64,000 bases of DNA, taken from Asterias rubens. Its lineage: Eukaryota. Both the position numbers and the translations under genes were made by a program. The stretch covers positions 1,736,001 through 1,800,000 of the forward strand of contig NC_047081.1 of NCBI RefSeq assembly GCF_902459465.1, given 5' to 3'. The notes beneath the pieces were generated by a model, which was given only the letters and a program-made list of their open reading frames with translations, was not told the origin of the DNA and did not search any database. Positions 22,501 through 33,106 of the stretch are shown piece after piece (position 1 is the first letter of the stretch; each line of letters starts with the position of its first letter).

Positions 22501-25500
22501 CACAGTTGTGCCACCCTACAAAACCTGTCTACTTGTATGGTTTTGAAGGGTTAGTCAGCTTGCTGGAAAATGATTGGTCTTGTAACATGCCTGGACATCT
22601 TTCATTTATTTTATTGGCGTTGATAACAAAATCTCTTACTCCTCTTGTCACCCATGAAGTTCATGCCCTCTTCATTTTTTACTAAATTCTGCGTAGCTGG
22701 TGTCGCAAAATACTCCGGCGGCAGCGTGCACTATTACCCAGGGTTCAACAGCACTCAGAACCTCGTAGAGGTGGAGAGGTTCGGCCAGGACTTCCGGCGA
22801 TACCTGACGAGAAAGATTGGGTTTGAGGCAGTGATGAGGATCAGATGCACAAAAGGTAAGAAGAAAACCTCGCAAGATTTGACTGGGTTTTTTTTAAACC
22901 TTTTTTGTCTTATTTTTGGTTTTAATAATCTTTGTTTATTCGATGTATTCCAACAAAAAACCTCACAAGATTTGTTTAACTCTTGTGTGAAATCCACCCC
23001 AGAAAGATCATGTTCTTACTTAAACCCGATTTCCATACCCGTTAAGGTTTGAGCATCCACACATTCCATGGGAACTTCTTCGTCCGGTCGACGGATCTCC
23101 TCTCCCTTCCCAACATCAACCCAGACGCCGGCTTCGCTATGCAGGTCTCCATCGAGGAAAGCCTTCATGACTCCCCAGTGGCATCTTTCCAAGCAGCGTT
23201 GCTCTACACAAGCAGTAAAGGTCAGTATCAGCTCTTGGTCATGTTCCTCACACCCCCCTAGCAATGATACACTCACAATTTCTTAGAAACAAGTTCCCTG
23301 TATACACTAGCTATAGTACATACAGATTTGTTTAGATATCTAGAGGGCCCGACTATTTTTTGTTTATCTTAGTTTCAGTGATGACTCTCTAAATTCTGAA
23401 GCCATGTTAGTCAAGTTCCCTGCATACAGTAGCTATGGTAATAAGAGATTCAAAAGGGCCTGACTATTTTTGTTTTTCATAGTTTCAGTTAGGACTCTCA
23501 ACTTTGTCCACCATATTTGTTAACTTCACTGTATTCAGGAGTAATGCATATAGATATGTATAGAAATCAAGAGGACCAGACTATTTGTTATTCAAGCCTC
23601 TGTTTGGTTACATTGATTCATACGAAAGAAAACTTGATATGCTAATGATATGCAAATTATCTCCCCTTATGAATGATTCAGGAGAGAGACGGATTCGTGT
23701 TCACACCATGTGCCTGCCAGTGTCCAATCAGATGACGGAGATCATCGCAGGGGCGGATCAGCAAGGCATTATGGGATTACTCACCAGAATGGGTAAGGTT
23801 TGATTGTCTTCTGTCCCTTACGGTTGCCTCAGTTCTTGGGTCCCATGGTTGGCTTGTGCGTAAAGCGCTGGCCTCTCACCACTGTGACCCTGGTTTGATT
23901 CCCGGCAAAGGTTTTGGTTGTTTTCTACCTCCCTTACGGTTGCCTCAGTTCTTGGGTCCCATGGTTTGCTTGTGCGTAAAGCGCTGGTCTCTCAACACTC
24001 GCCGTGGTTCGATTCCCTGCTTAGGTATCATTTTTTTTTTAAATATGAAACATGTTTCAATAAACCTTTTTTTAATTGAATTGAATTGAATTGAAAAAGC
24101 ATTTTATGCTCTCTTCATTGTGTTGGAGTTGACTAGTATCTACTCTTTCCTATTTTCAGCGGTCGACAAATCTCAGACGTCGAACATGTCAGACGCTCGG
24201 GATGCGTTGGTCAACGTCTGCGTAGATTCGCTGTCGATGTACAAGGCGACGCTACCAAGCAGTCACACCGTTGGGACGTTGATGTGCCCTCAGTCGCTAC
24301 GCATGCTGCCATCTTACACACTGGCTGCATTAAAAAACGTAAGAATTCCAACTGCAATTTTATGGATAAACTTTCCTACTTGTCAGTGAGTTGATTTACC
24401 CTACGAAACTCTTCAACTGCAAGGGTTTTGTATAGTGGAGCAATTGTGTGTTGTGTAGATGCATTTACCACATTAGATCATATTGCATTCTGGCATAGTT
24501 TATCTATCAAACAAGACACAGTTAATGATATTGAATGGTCAGACGGTAGGAGGGTTGACTGTGTACTTTGTAGAATGCAATCACCACATGATATCATAGT
24601 TCGAGCTGGCTAAGTTTATTGATCCTTCAAAGCCACAGTGAATGATATTTAATAGTCAGACAGTAGGAGGGTTTACTGTGTACTGTGCAGATGCAATCAC
24701 CACATGATATCATACTGCTGGCTGGCAAACTTTATCCATCATTCACAATCACAGTGGATGATATTCAATATTCAGATAGTAGGAGGGTTAAGTAAATGAT
24801 ACTTTCTTGTAATAATATAATAATATTAGTAAACATTTCTATGGCGCTCTACAATGAACACAGCACCGCACAAGAAAAACAAAATAACATAAGTAGAAAA
24901 CATAGCTAAAGAAAACTACTTGTACCACAACTCTAACAGACAATACGATTGGTTGGAATATCCAGAGCCTTAACCAACGAAGCCAATCACATCTTGTCTT
25001 TCAGGTGGCCTTCCGTCTGGGCTCGAGCACCAGACTGGACGAGAGGGTGTATGCGATGGAGATGATCAAATGTCAACCTCTGCAATACATCATGCTTCGT
25101 CTTCATCCCAACATGTACCCGGTGCATAACATGTCAGATGAGGTAGGCTGAACTTAATAAGGGGAAAAAATTAGTTTCTGGTTACATAGGATCACTAGAT
25201 CAGAAATACATTTTTAATTGAGTGTGCATTATATTTTGAGTTGTGACACAGAATGTCTCTTGAAATTTGTAAAAAAAACATAGCGTCTTCACTAGTATGA
25301 CTTTTAATGAAAAATGTGTGTTCCCGAAAGAGAGGCAAAATATATGTATTATTTATCAACGCTTCTATTTACTACCATGTAAACTCTTCTTGTTAATCAA
25401 TGTTTTTTGGTATGTATAAAACTGTTGTTACCCTCAAAAACATCACCCTGGGGGGTTATAGGGTTATGTTCCTGCAGCCGATGTCACAAAACGCTAGGAT

Positions 25501-27250
25501 TAATCCTATCTTGAGTTAGGGTGAGTTAACTTAGGATGGGTTCAATGCGTCCTACGCCTTGGGATACGTACTTAACTCGTCCAAAGTCTAAGATTAATCC
25601 TAAGTTAAGAAGAGTTTGGTGAAATCGACGGCTGAACTTTAAAAAAAACAGTCACTCAATTATTATCGTCATTAGAAATTGATTATTATGATTAATGCAG
25701 GGTGCAATCCTCATCAACGATCAGTCAGTCCCCCAGCCTCCGATCCTGGGTCTAACTTCTGAGTACATCGAGCGTAACGGAGCCTACCTACTGGACTGTG
25801 GAGACGCCATGATCCTGTTTGTCAACCGGGCGATCTCCATTTCATTCTGTATGGAAATCCTTGACGTGCCTAACTTCCAGTCCATCCCCGAGGAAATGGT
25901 ACGTTCCATTCTCTTTTACTGATTTGACTCCACAGTGGAGTGTCCATTTTGTTTGTAGGTGATGTGTTGTTGTTATTTAATATTATTTAACTTGCAACAG
26001 TGTGCCCATATAAATACTGGTATTTGTAAATGAAATATTGCATAATAATTTCTATGATTTGTTCCCCATTTGACAGGTAATGGTGACCTTTTGTATTTTG
26101 AAATTTTGTTATTTTGTGAAGGATATTCACAGAATGATTTGTATATTTACTTCCTAAGTTGTCATTATGTTAACATTATTCAGATTAACTATAATTGTTT
26201 TCTTCATGTGAGGTTTTAGCATTTCATTTGAATGCCAAATTTTAATATGGGTTGTTCCATTTTCCCTTCAGTAATTAAAGTTTTCTAATTTTCTGTAGAT
26301 GTAAGTGAATTTATTTCATACTGTAGTAACCATGTTTTAATTAGTGTTTGGTAGATTAGGCCTACAAGGTATTTCTGTCCTTAGTACATGTATATGGACT
26401 ATTCCATTATGCTTCCAGCTTATTACTGACTGGCATGTTCCATTTCTCCAACAGGTGGACTTACCGGAGCTTGCCAACCAAGCCTCAGAACGACTGAGGA
26501 CGTTCATCCTGTGGTTATTAGATAAGCGGTCGTGCTCTGCACCCCTCCAAATTATTAGGTAAATACTCCCCCCCCCCTTCATCACACCCCATCAACACCC
26601 CACCCCTAAGTAAATAAGGTAAAAACATGCTTAACACAGACAAATCTTGCTTAACAAAAACTGGTTACCAGCCAAAGTTCCTTAAAATTTTCATTGTTGC
26701 AACTGGTGCCCCACTCAAAGAAAGTTGCTAAGCAGTATGTTCTGCCTAACAGCGTTATGAAATTGGGCCCAGTCTCAACTTTCCACCGATGATTTTCTGT
26801 TTAAAAACCACTGGGGCCCCATTGCATGGCTCTGCTTACCATAAGCAAGGAATCAGCGCTTACGTTAAGCAGGGAATTACGGGCTTACGTCAGTCGTATT
26901 TCACAGGATAGCTCGAGATGTTTTGCTAGTACGTGTGCTAACTCTTTATTACTAGGCATTCTTTACTTACACAGCTAGCACAGAAGTTCAGTGCTTGCAC
27001 AGTAAGCAGATAATGGGAGTCGTATTCACAGCATTGGGCGGTATGCAGAGCCATGAAATTTGGCCCACTTTACTGGTCCCAAACTCAACTAAGTCTTAAT
27101 TAATTTCCTTCTTTTTTTTTTTTTTTCTCTCTCTGTAGGGAAGACAGTAAGAAGCGTACTTTATTCCTACGACACTTGACCCAGGATCGCACGGAATCCT
27201 CCATGTCATACTATGAGTTCTTGCAACACCTACAAAAGGAGATCAAGTAA
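10522..27250 (+). CDS. SEC24A/B: COPII cargo adaptor Sec24, SEC24A/B type, 1259 aa; exons 10522..10633, 11225..11839, 16467..16568, 16890..17530, 17969..18144, 18572..18674, 19169..19295, 19899..20008, 20181..20412, 20891..20946, 21107..21208, 21823..21927, 22339..22462, 22697..22855, 23047..23220, 23682..23792, 24160..24338, 25005..25142, 25701..25898, 26455..26558, 27139..27250
   Basis: Pro/Gly-rich disordered N-terminus, Zn finger (RCRSCRTYINPF...WKCNLC), trunk/vWA (RPPQPAVYLFVLDVS), beta-sandwich (GFEAVMRIRC, GERRIRVHT), helical and gelsolin domains, and C-terminus SYYEFLQHLQKEIK*. All 20 introns are GT-AG and phase-consistent; total 3780 nt. Confidence 0.96.
11013..11147. mobile_element. 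~135-bp MITE (GTGGTGGCGCCATA family), SEC24 intron 1
   Basis: GG...CC termini with TIRs, flanked by AAT/AAT; homologous to 8730-8862. Confidence 0.78.
12397..12532. mobile_element. MITE (GGAGACTTT / GCAGCAGACTTACC family)
   Basis: Inverted termini ctaggtgacagcagacttacc / ggtaagtctgctgccacctag. Inverted second copy at ~56875-57016. Confidence 0.75.
13132..13275 (+). CDS. Candidate alternative (cassette) coding exon of SEC24, 48 codons
   Basis: 144 nt, phase 1 to phase 1, matching the flanking junctions (11839/16467). GC-rich open frame GEALQVPRYTSMIRSPSTGSLGSLPLPKLQLQSSSPTAEVGSYSPGDS; donor CAG|gtatt; weak AAG acceptor. Confidence 0.5.
14490..14760. mobile_element. Degenerate tRNA-like repeat (312-bp family) with two arms in inverted orientation
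   Basis: Homologous to 43857-44325. The left arm is the reverse tRNA-like segment; the right arm is the forward tRNA-like segment plus tail. Confidence 0.6.
16973..17242 (+). repeat. Coding 15-bp minisatellite, ~18 pentapeptide units (G-G/A-P-Q-M) in SEC24 exon 4
   Basis: Repeats such as ggtggaccccaaatg / ggtgctccccaaatg translate as GAPQM/GGPQM. Confidence 0.92.
17700..17800 (+). mobile_element. 3' remnant of an L2/CR1-clade LINE ORF2
   Basis: Translates as NTLSAFRKVLKSHLFPS*, the typical F-K-x2-LK-x-x-LF terminus of L2/CR1 ORF2. Confidence 0.5.
18178..18405. repeat. 75-bp tandem repeat x3 including the left end of a CAGGCCTG-type MITE
   Basis: atgtcaaagact... recurs at 18185, 18260 and 18335; the MITE body continues to ~18520. 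Confidence 0.88.
18956..19100. mobile_element. Harbinger-like MITE (GTCGATTTCAC family)
   Basis: ccgtcgatttcac ... gtgaaatcgaccc termini. Related copies at 25478-25631, 45372-45840, ~49235-49400 and 51040-51141. Confidence 0.75.
19340..19480. repeat. (ATATTGA)n microsatellite
   Basis: Degenerate 7-mer array. Confidence 0.85.
23289..23590. repeat. Degenerate ~122-bp tandem repeat (~2.5 copies)
   Basis: caagttccctg..tacactagctat...gactattttt recurs at ~23290 and ~23412, with a partial copy at ~23550. Confidence 0.65.
23813..24020 (+). mobile_element. Duplicated degenerate tRNA-derived SINE head
   Basis: cctacggttgcctcagttcttgggtcccatggtt...gcgctggcctctcaccactgtgaccctggtttgattccc occurs twice, with a B-box-like ggtt(c/t)gattccc. 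Confidence 0.55.
24440..24790. repeat. ~117-bp tandem repeat x3
   Basis: cacagt..atgatatt..at.gtcaga..gtaggagggtt at 24517, 24634 and 24750. Confidence 0.8.
25478..25631. mobile_element. Harbinger-like MITE (GTCGATTTCAC family)
   Basis: cagccgatgtcac ... gtgaaatcgacggctg termini; internal ggattaatcct palindromes. Confidence 0.75.
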
Positions 27251-27587
27251 CGAGTCTTCATCTCATGTAAGCACAGCACGAACAGATTGCCAGCTTACCA
27301 AGTAACCATACCATGTAATGAGTCTTCATTCCATGGGTCTGTTAAGCAGAGAGATTCTATGCTTAGCACGAACAGATTGCCAGCTTACCAAGTAACCATA
27401 GCATGTAATGAGTCTTCATTCCATGGGTCTGTTAAGCAGAGAGATTCTATGCTCAGCACGGACAGATTATCAGCTTACCAAGTAACCATAGCATGCAATG
27501 AGTCTTCACCCCATGGATCTGCTAAGCACAGAGATTCTACGCTTAGCCTGGACAGATTACCAGCTTACCAAATAACCATAGCATGTA
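27251..27587. repeat. 90-bp tandem repeat (~3.7 copies) starting at the SEC24 stop codon
   Basis: cagcttacca at 27291, 27381, 27471 and 27561 (period 90). Confidence 0.92.
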
Positions 27588-28339
27588 TACTGTCATTAAT
27601 ACCTTAATTCCATCTCCCGAAGTTTCAAGCAGGTTATTTTGCAGAGCAATTTGATGAATTTTGCCCAGGTTTAAGGTTTATTGAAGTGTGTCACCAACCC
27701 CCCTTTCCCCAAACTCTTAGAAAAGAGATCTGACAGTTTCCCTGTCCATGGGTTAAGTGAAAGGGTGTTCGAACTGAGGCAATGTTGTCTTTTGAAAGGT
27801 TGCATGACTGGACAGAGATTTTCTGTGCACAGTTTGCATTCACCACATGACGCATTGCTGGTTGACATGGTGCATTCATCTTACAAAACCACACGATTGA
27901 TAGTGGAGGGTCGACCTCAGTCTCTGCGTGCTGGAAGTAAAATACTGATTTCACTATTATAGGCTTGGGTTTTGCAATTTTCCAAACTCCCCCCTGTCAA
28001 TTGTGACGCTACCTGACATCAAAAGTAATGTACAATTCATGAGGTACAAAACAACCACACCTTGACTTGGGTTGCATACTTAAAGTTTTTATCTTAAAAA
28101 TAGAAGGTGGCAATCTACCATTATATAAACTTCAGTCTTTTACTGTCTATTTCTAAACCTCATTTTTACTTTAACCCCTGACTATCAAAACTTAACCCTT
28201 CCCAATTAAGAACTTACCCTACCTCAACCTATTTGAAACCCTATCCAAGTTATATGCAAAATCCTTTACCCCTACCTCATCATTCAAACCAAAACCGTAC
28301 CCCACTGATGAACCAAAATGTATTGAAAATGATCTTATC

Positions 28340-28540
28340 CCTTCTCATCCCAACCATTGCCTATATTAATCCCAATTGTACCCATCATATCCCAAACATT
28401 GCCCTTCTCATCCCAAACATTGCCTATATGAGCCCAAATGTACCCATTTTATCCCAAACATTGCCCTTCTCATCCCAAACATTGCCTATATAATCCAAAA
28501 TGCACCCATCTTATCCCAAACATTACCCAAACCTTATCTA
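28340..28540. repeat. 40-bp minisatellite in a C/A-rich tract
   Basis: ccttctcatcccaaacattgcctatat...gtacccat repeated about 4-5 times. Confidence 0.8.
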
Positions 28541-29984
28541 TCTCACCCACACACTACCCCACTTCTACCCAAATGTTAACCCAAACCAACCCAAACCACC
28601 AACCAGTTGGTGGCATGGAGACAATTGCATCAATTGCCTCTGTGAAATATCAGGTCTGACACTTGAACATTTCGAGGGGCACCAAGGCAATGTTGAACAG
28701 GGGGCATGGAGGGATCAGGGCATGTTCCGAAATCTCGTCGGCCAAAAGTCACTCGGTGTGGCCTTGGCAAAAAGTATGGGCAACCTTAATTTCCATAAAG
28801 TACAACTTATCATTTACCACACTGATGCTATCAACAGCACTGGTAAGTGGTAAATCAGTTGGGCTGCCTAATACACGCATTACAGATTTCCTTCCCACCA
28901 TGGGGTTTTAAGGCCCCTATGTTATATTTATAAAGGCAGACTTGTGCTGCTTGAGGCTGCCCTTACCTAATGATGGCCAGTATTTGTAAACAAAGGAAAG
29001 GTCTGAAAAGTTTCTTCAACGACAATAGGATACTCGTAGATGCTAAAATGGTCTTTACAAGAAAGCTCCATTCAAGAGTTTCTGATTTTGGCTAAAAACT
29101 CGGAAAGTAGAATCCTTTTCACTTTACAGTGGGTGTGTTTACGTTGGGTCATGAAACTTAATGGCCGAGCAGTTATTCTGATTTGTGCATGATCCAATTA
29201 AGTCCACTGCTTGCAAAAGGAAATACATGGAGATAACAGGTGTTAGTTGCCATAAGAAAAGGATGTGTTATTGTAGCCTCTTTCTTTTGGTAATTGATTA
29301 ATCAATGCATGGTTGCTTTTGGAAAGTTGTGCCAGTTAATGAAGTTATTTATGTAAATAGTCAAAATTGTCATTATATAAGCTCTTTAAATCACACATCA
29401 TTTTTTTTTCTTCTCGAATGTGACATCAAAGCAGTTATTGTTTTCCACACCAGGGCCTATTTCATAGAGCTGCTTAAGCAGAAAATATAGCTTGATATTT
29501 TTTTCTGGCAGGCAAAACTAAGCAAGATCCCAGTTACATTTTGACGTATGGTATTTTAGCTGGTAACCTTATTCTGGTAAGCGTAGCTTTGTTGTGCTTA
29601 GCAACTTTTTATGCTTAAGCAGCTATGTGAAATTAAGCCATGGACTCCAGTCAATTCTGTAGTAATGTTTTTGTAAAGAGAATTGCCTACTTTTAAGAAG
29701 TCACAGTTCTTTTATCAATATATCGTAATTGATTCCCGCTCATTTTTTGCAAATAACATGTAGCGAAACGTCACAGTCTCGCTCTTAAGTCAAAACAGTC
29801 GTTCAGTATTTGACCGAATGTGCCGGCAAAATGTTCTCTCGCGTCATAAAGGCTTAAAAAAGATGAATCCACTCGAAAAACTTTTCACAGCAATCCTAGT
29901 TGTGCCCTTTTCTGCGGAAATTGTTCTGATTTATAGCATGGCTAAAAAAGAATGCCTTGCAATTCTAAGTTAACAATGTTGTAT

Positions 29985-30135
29985 AATGACAGTGAATGAC
30001 TGTTAATGACAGTGGATAACTGTGAATGGCAGTCAATAACGGTAGATGATTGTGAGTGACAGTCAATGATTGTTAATGACAGTCCATGATTGTTAATGAC
30101 AGTCAATGATTGTTAATGACAGTCAATGACAGTTT
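29985..30135. repeat. 20-bp minisatellite (GACAGTCAATGATTGTTAAT)n
   Basis: About 7 degenerate copies. Confidence 0.85.
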
Positions 30136-30987
30136 CAACGGAAGAGGCACACAATTTAACACGAATGCATGAAAACTGGCTACTCTTTGCCTAAAACGAG
30201 CAGGGAAGCTGACAGCAGATTTGTTTGTTTTCAACTCATTGCATATTTTTTGTTCTCGTTCTGATGATATACATGTGCAATTCTCGTGAGATTTTCTTCT
30301 TTTTTGCACAGGTTGCCCGATTCATGTAAATCAGGGCTATCGATGAACTAATTTAAACTTGTAATAAATAAGTACTTTTAATTAAAATTATTGTATTTGG
30401 ATACTGCAGACGTTATAGAATAGAAAGCTCAAAGGACTATCTCGAGTCTAATTAAATTATAAACGTTTTTATTAATAGCTTGGGTGGTACGTTTTGAAAA
30501 CACCAAATACCGAATGTATGTAATTTCTGCAATTATGGGCCTGTGTGACCCCTTATCCTCACAGAAATATATTTACATCTAGTAACCTGTGAAAAGTTAC
30601 TGAACAAATAAAGAGCTCTTGCGTTTGTGAAAATACTGAAACAATTTCTAATGTTTTTGTCAGTTAATTTGTAGGAATGAGACGTGTGTATTTTGACCTT
30701 GCATAATAATTCGCAGCACCAACCCTTTGGACAAAACTTGTGTTGTTGAATAGCCTGAAGAGCTGACCTCACATTTCGAAGCCGTGCATAACGCCAGATA
30801 CTGACCTTGCATGCCTGCCAGATGCTGCAGGTGTAGCTGACAAACTACGTCACTTTGAAACGGACCAATCATAACACAGATATTGCGAGTTTACGTCACT
30901 GCACGAATTCATTGTATCCAATGAAATCATTGGGCCTGTTAGACCAGTGCATGTATTGTGGACGATGACGAAGACATGTATCCTATT

Positions 30988-31235
30988 GTGTGCGTTCGTT
31001 TAGCTTCCCTTGGTCGACCCCAGTCTGCCCCGGTGCGTTCGAATAGCTTTGACGTCATTCCAGGGGCTCACCCGGGTCGGCCCCTAGTGCCCTGCTTGTG
31101 GGTGGGTCACTCAGGGGTGACCCGAGGTACTGACGTCACTACGAGAGCGGTGAGTGATCGTTCGTTTAGCTCTTGTCAGAAGTTCACCAGAGTGAGCACC
31201 GCGGGGTAGACCCAGTGACCTTATCAAACGCACCC
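30988..31235. mobile_element. GC-rich MITE (GGGTGCGTTCG TIR)
   Basis: TIR g(g/t)gtgcgttcg / aacgcaccc; inverted homologue at 63213-63463. Confidence 0.8.
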
Positions 31236-32397
31236 ATAGTATGAGCGTGGAGGTAGAAATAGAAATGAGCACCAACCAATAAAATATGAACGAGTCCTTT
31301 GCCTGCAAGTTCAATAACTCCGTGGAACAAAGTAATCTGACGCCATCGCCCACGATTCCTATTGTAATGCTGTGCCATGCTATTAATACATTTGTATTGT
31401 TGAATAAACAGAGCGTGCTGGCTAGCACGGCCGCCCGATTGTTAACAAAACATTCAACTTGTATTAAAGAGAACATAGATATTTTTTTTTAATTTTTTTT
31501 TTAGAATTGTTCAATTTGTTTTATCCTATTTAGATTTAGATTATAAAATAAAATAAAACTATTACCTGTGAACATTCATTTTAAATTGTTCAGATACCTC
31601 CGAAAATCCGGAGCCGTTTAGTCCACGCAGTAGGAAGAATAACCCGTAACTGGAGTACTCAATCAAACCATGGAGGGAGCAAGGAAGAGGACAGAATCGG
31701 ATTTTGCTTTGCATTTATGGCTTCCCATAGTTTTCCAACCTTGGGCTATGACGTTACAATAGAAAAGTTCAGTAAACATTTCTTTTGTTTTACAAACATT
31801 GATCATTGTATGGACGGCCTTGAGTCACCAGAAACATAATATCAACCCACTTGGCAAAATTGCCTTTTCGAAAAAATATTAAACTTTTTAATGAAGTATC
31901 ATTATGTTAAACCCTTTGAATAATAGATTTTATTTATCAGTATCATGGGTATTAATTTGATAGCACTACTGTCAAATAACTGTTGATACGCAGTGAAGGC
32001 CGCTTCTCGAACTTTTGGCAACATATAGATACTCGCACACACGCACGATGACCAGTCTCCCCAAATGGTAGACCGTGGGCAGACTGTGGACCAGTGGTTC
32101 CACTGCATGAATTGCAATCACAAGGCTGTGGGTTCGAATCCTACCAAGCTAACCACTGATTTCTCAATAACTATATGCCTTATTGTCGTCTAGTTTCGGA
32201 ATCACAATGTATGGATATGTGCAATTCATAATCACAGACTTAATGTAAGATCATCTAAATAAATAAACAAACAAAGCAGCAAACAAGCACAAATCACGAA
32301 CAATCAGTACTGTTGAGGCGCGGTCTAACGTCGAAGCTGGGGGTTGATATTATTAATGCATGTTTATTTTATGAGCATTTGCCAGTATTCGCGGCGT

Positions 32398-32640
32398 GTC
32401 GCAGCCGAGCAGTTAAAAGCACCAGACTCAAGCCCTGATGTTTCTGATCAATAAAGTGTGGGTTCGAGTCCCGGTCTTGACACTAGTGTCCTTGAGCAAG
32501 ATACCTCCCATAATTGCTTTGTCTTTCGGATGGGACATTAAGCCATAGGTCCTGCATTTGTACTAGATTTGGTACCGGTATTGCATGTTCAAAAGAATCC
32601 AGCACAGCTTTAGCAAAGATTATAGAGCGCCGCAAGGCCC
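32398..32640 (+). mobile_element. tRNA-derived SINE with a Deu-like central domain (degenerate)
   Basis: A-box-like gccgagcagttaa, B-box gggttcgagtccc, then ggatgggacattaagcc. Same family as 57040-57305 (-) and 62420-62570 (+). Confidence 0.7.
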
Positions 32641-32863
32641 TATAGTGATCAAGTTCACCTACGATACACCCTCGCTACCAGAAATATATATATACTTTTT
32701 TTTCACAAGCAGAAATGAAATGTTCTTGGTATTTCTCTTGACTCACGAAATTATCCTCATGTACCGATTTGCCATAATTATTTCGATATTTTGATAACGA
32801 ACAGCTTAACTTTTGTTCCGGTTATTCTCGAAATCGCTCTACTATGTCTCTTTAATGAGGCTC

Positions 32864-33106
32864 TGACGTCATTCAGCGAATGTTGTATTTGTAGTTTTGC
32901 AGCCGGTTAAAGCGGTTTATGACCAAAGTACATGTACGTGCAGTCGACCCCTTTTGCGAAGGCTGGCTGATCTTAAATATACACAAACTATGTCCTCTAG
33001 ATCACAATCAAAGTTAGACTGGGTTTAAAGACGAACATCTGTGTAAGGTCGGCTATAATTGTTGTGTGTGATCTATATAAAAAAAAAGTATATTCCTCGA
33101 GCCGCC
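32864..33106 (+). promoter_or_regulatory. CYP proximal promoter: CRE (32864-32871), TATA box (~33074-33082), Kozak GCCGCC
   Basis: TGACGTCA, TATATAAAA and GCCGCCATG read directly from the sequence. Confidence 0.55.

Noticed and set aside
27251-27587. CRISPR-like array (also the 75-, 100- and 117-bp arrays)
   Set aside because: Whole units repeat with no unique spacers, there are no cas genes, and the context is eukaryotic.
28233-28911. Cluster of overlapping ORFs
   Set aside because: They arise from the 40-bp minisatellite and a MITE fragment; low complexity, no domain.
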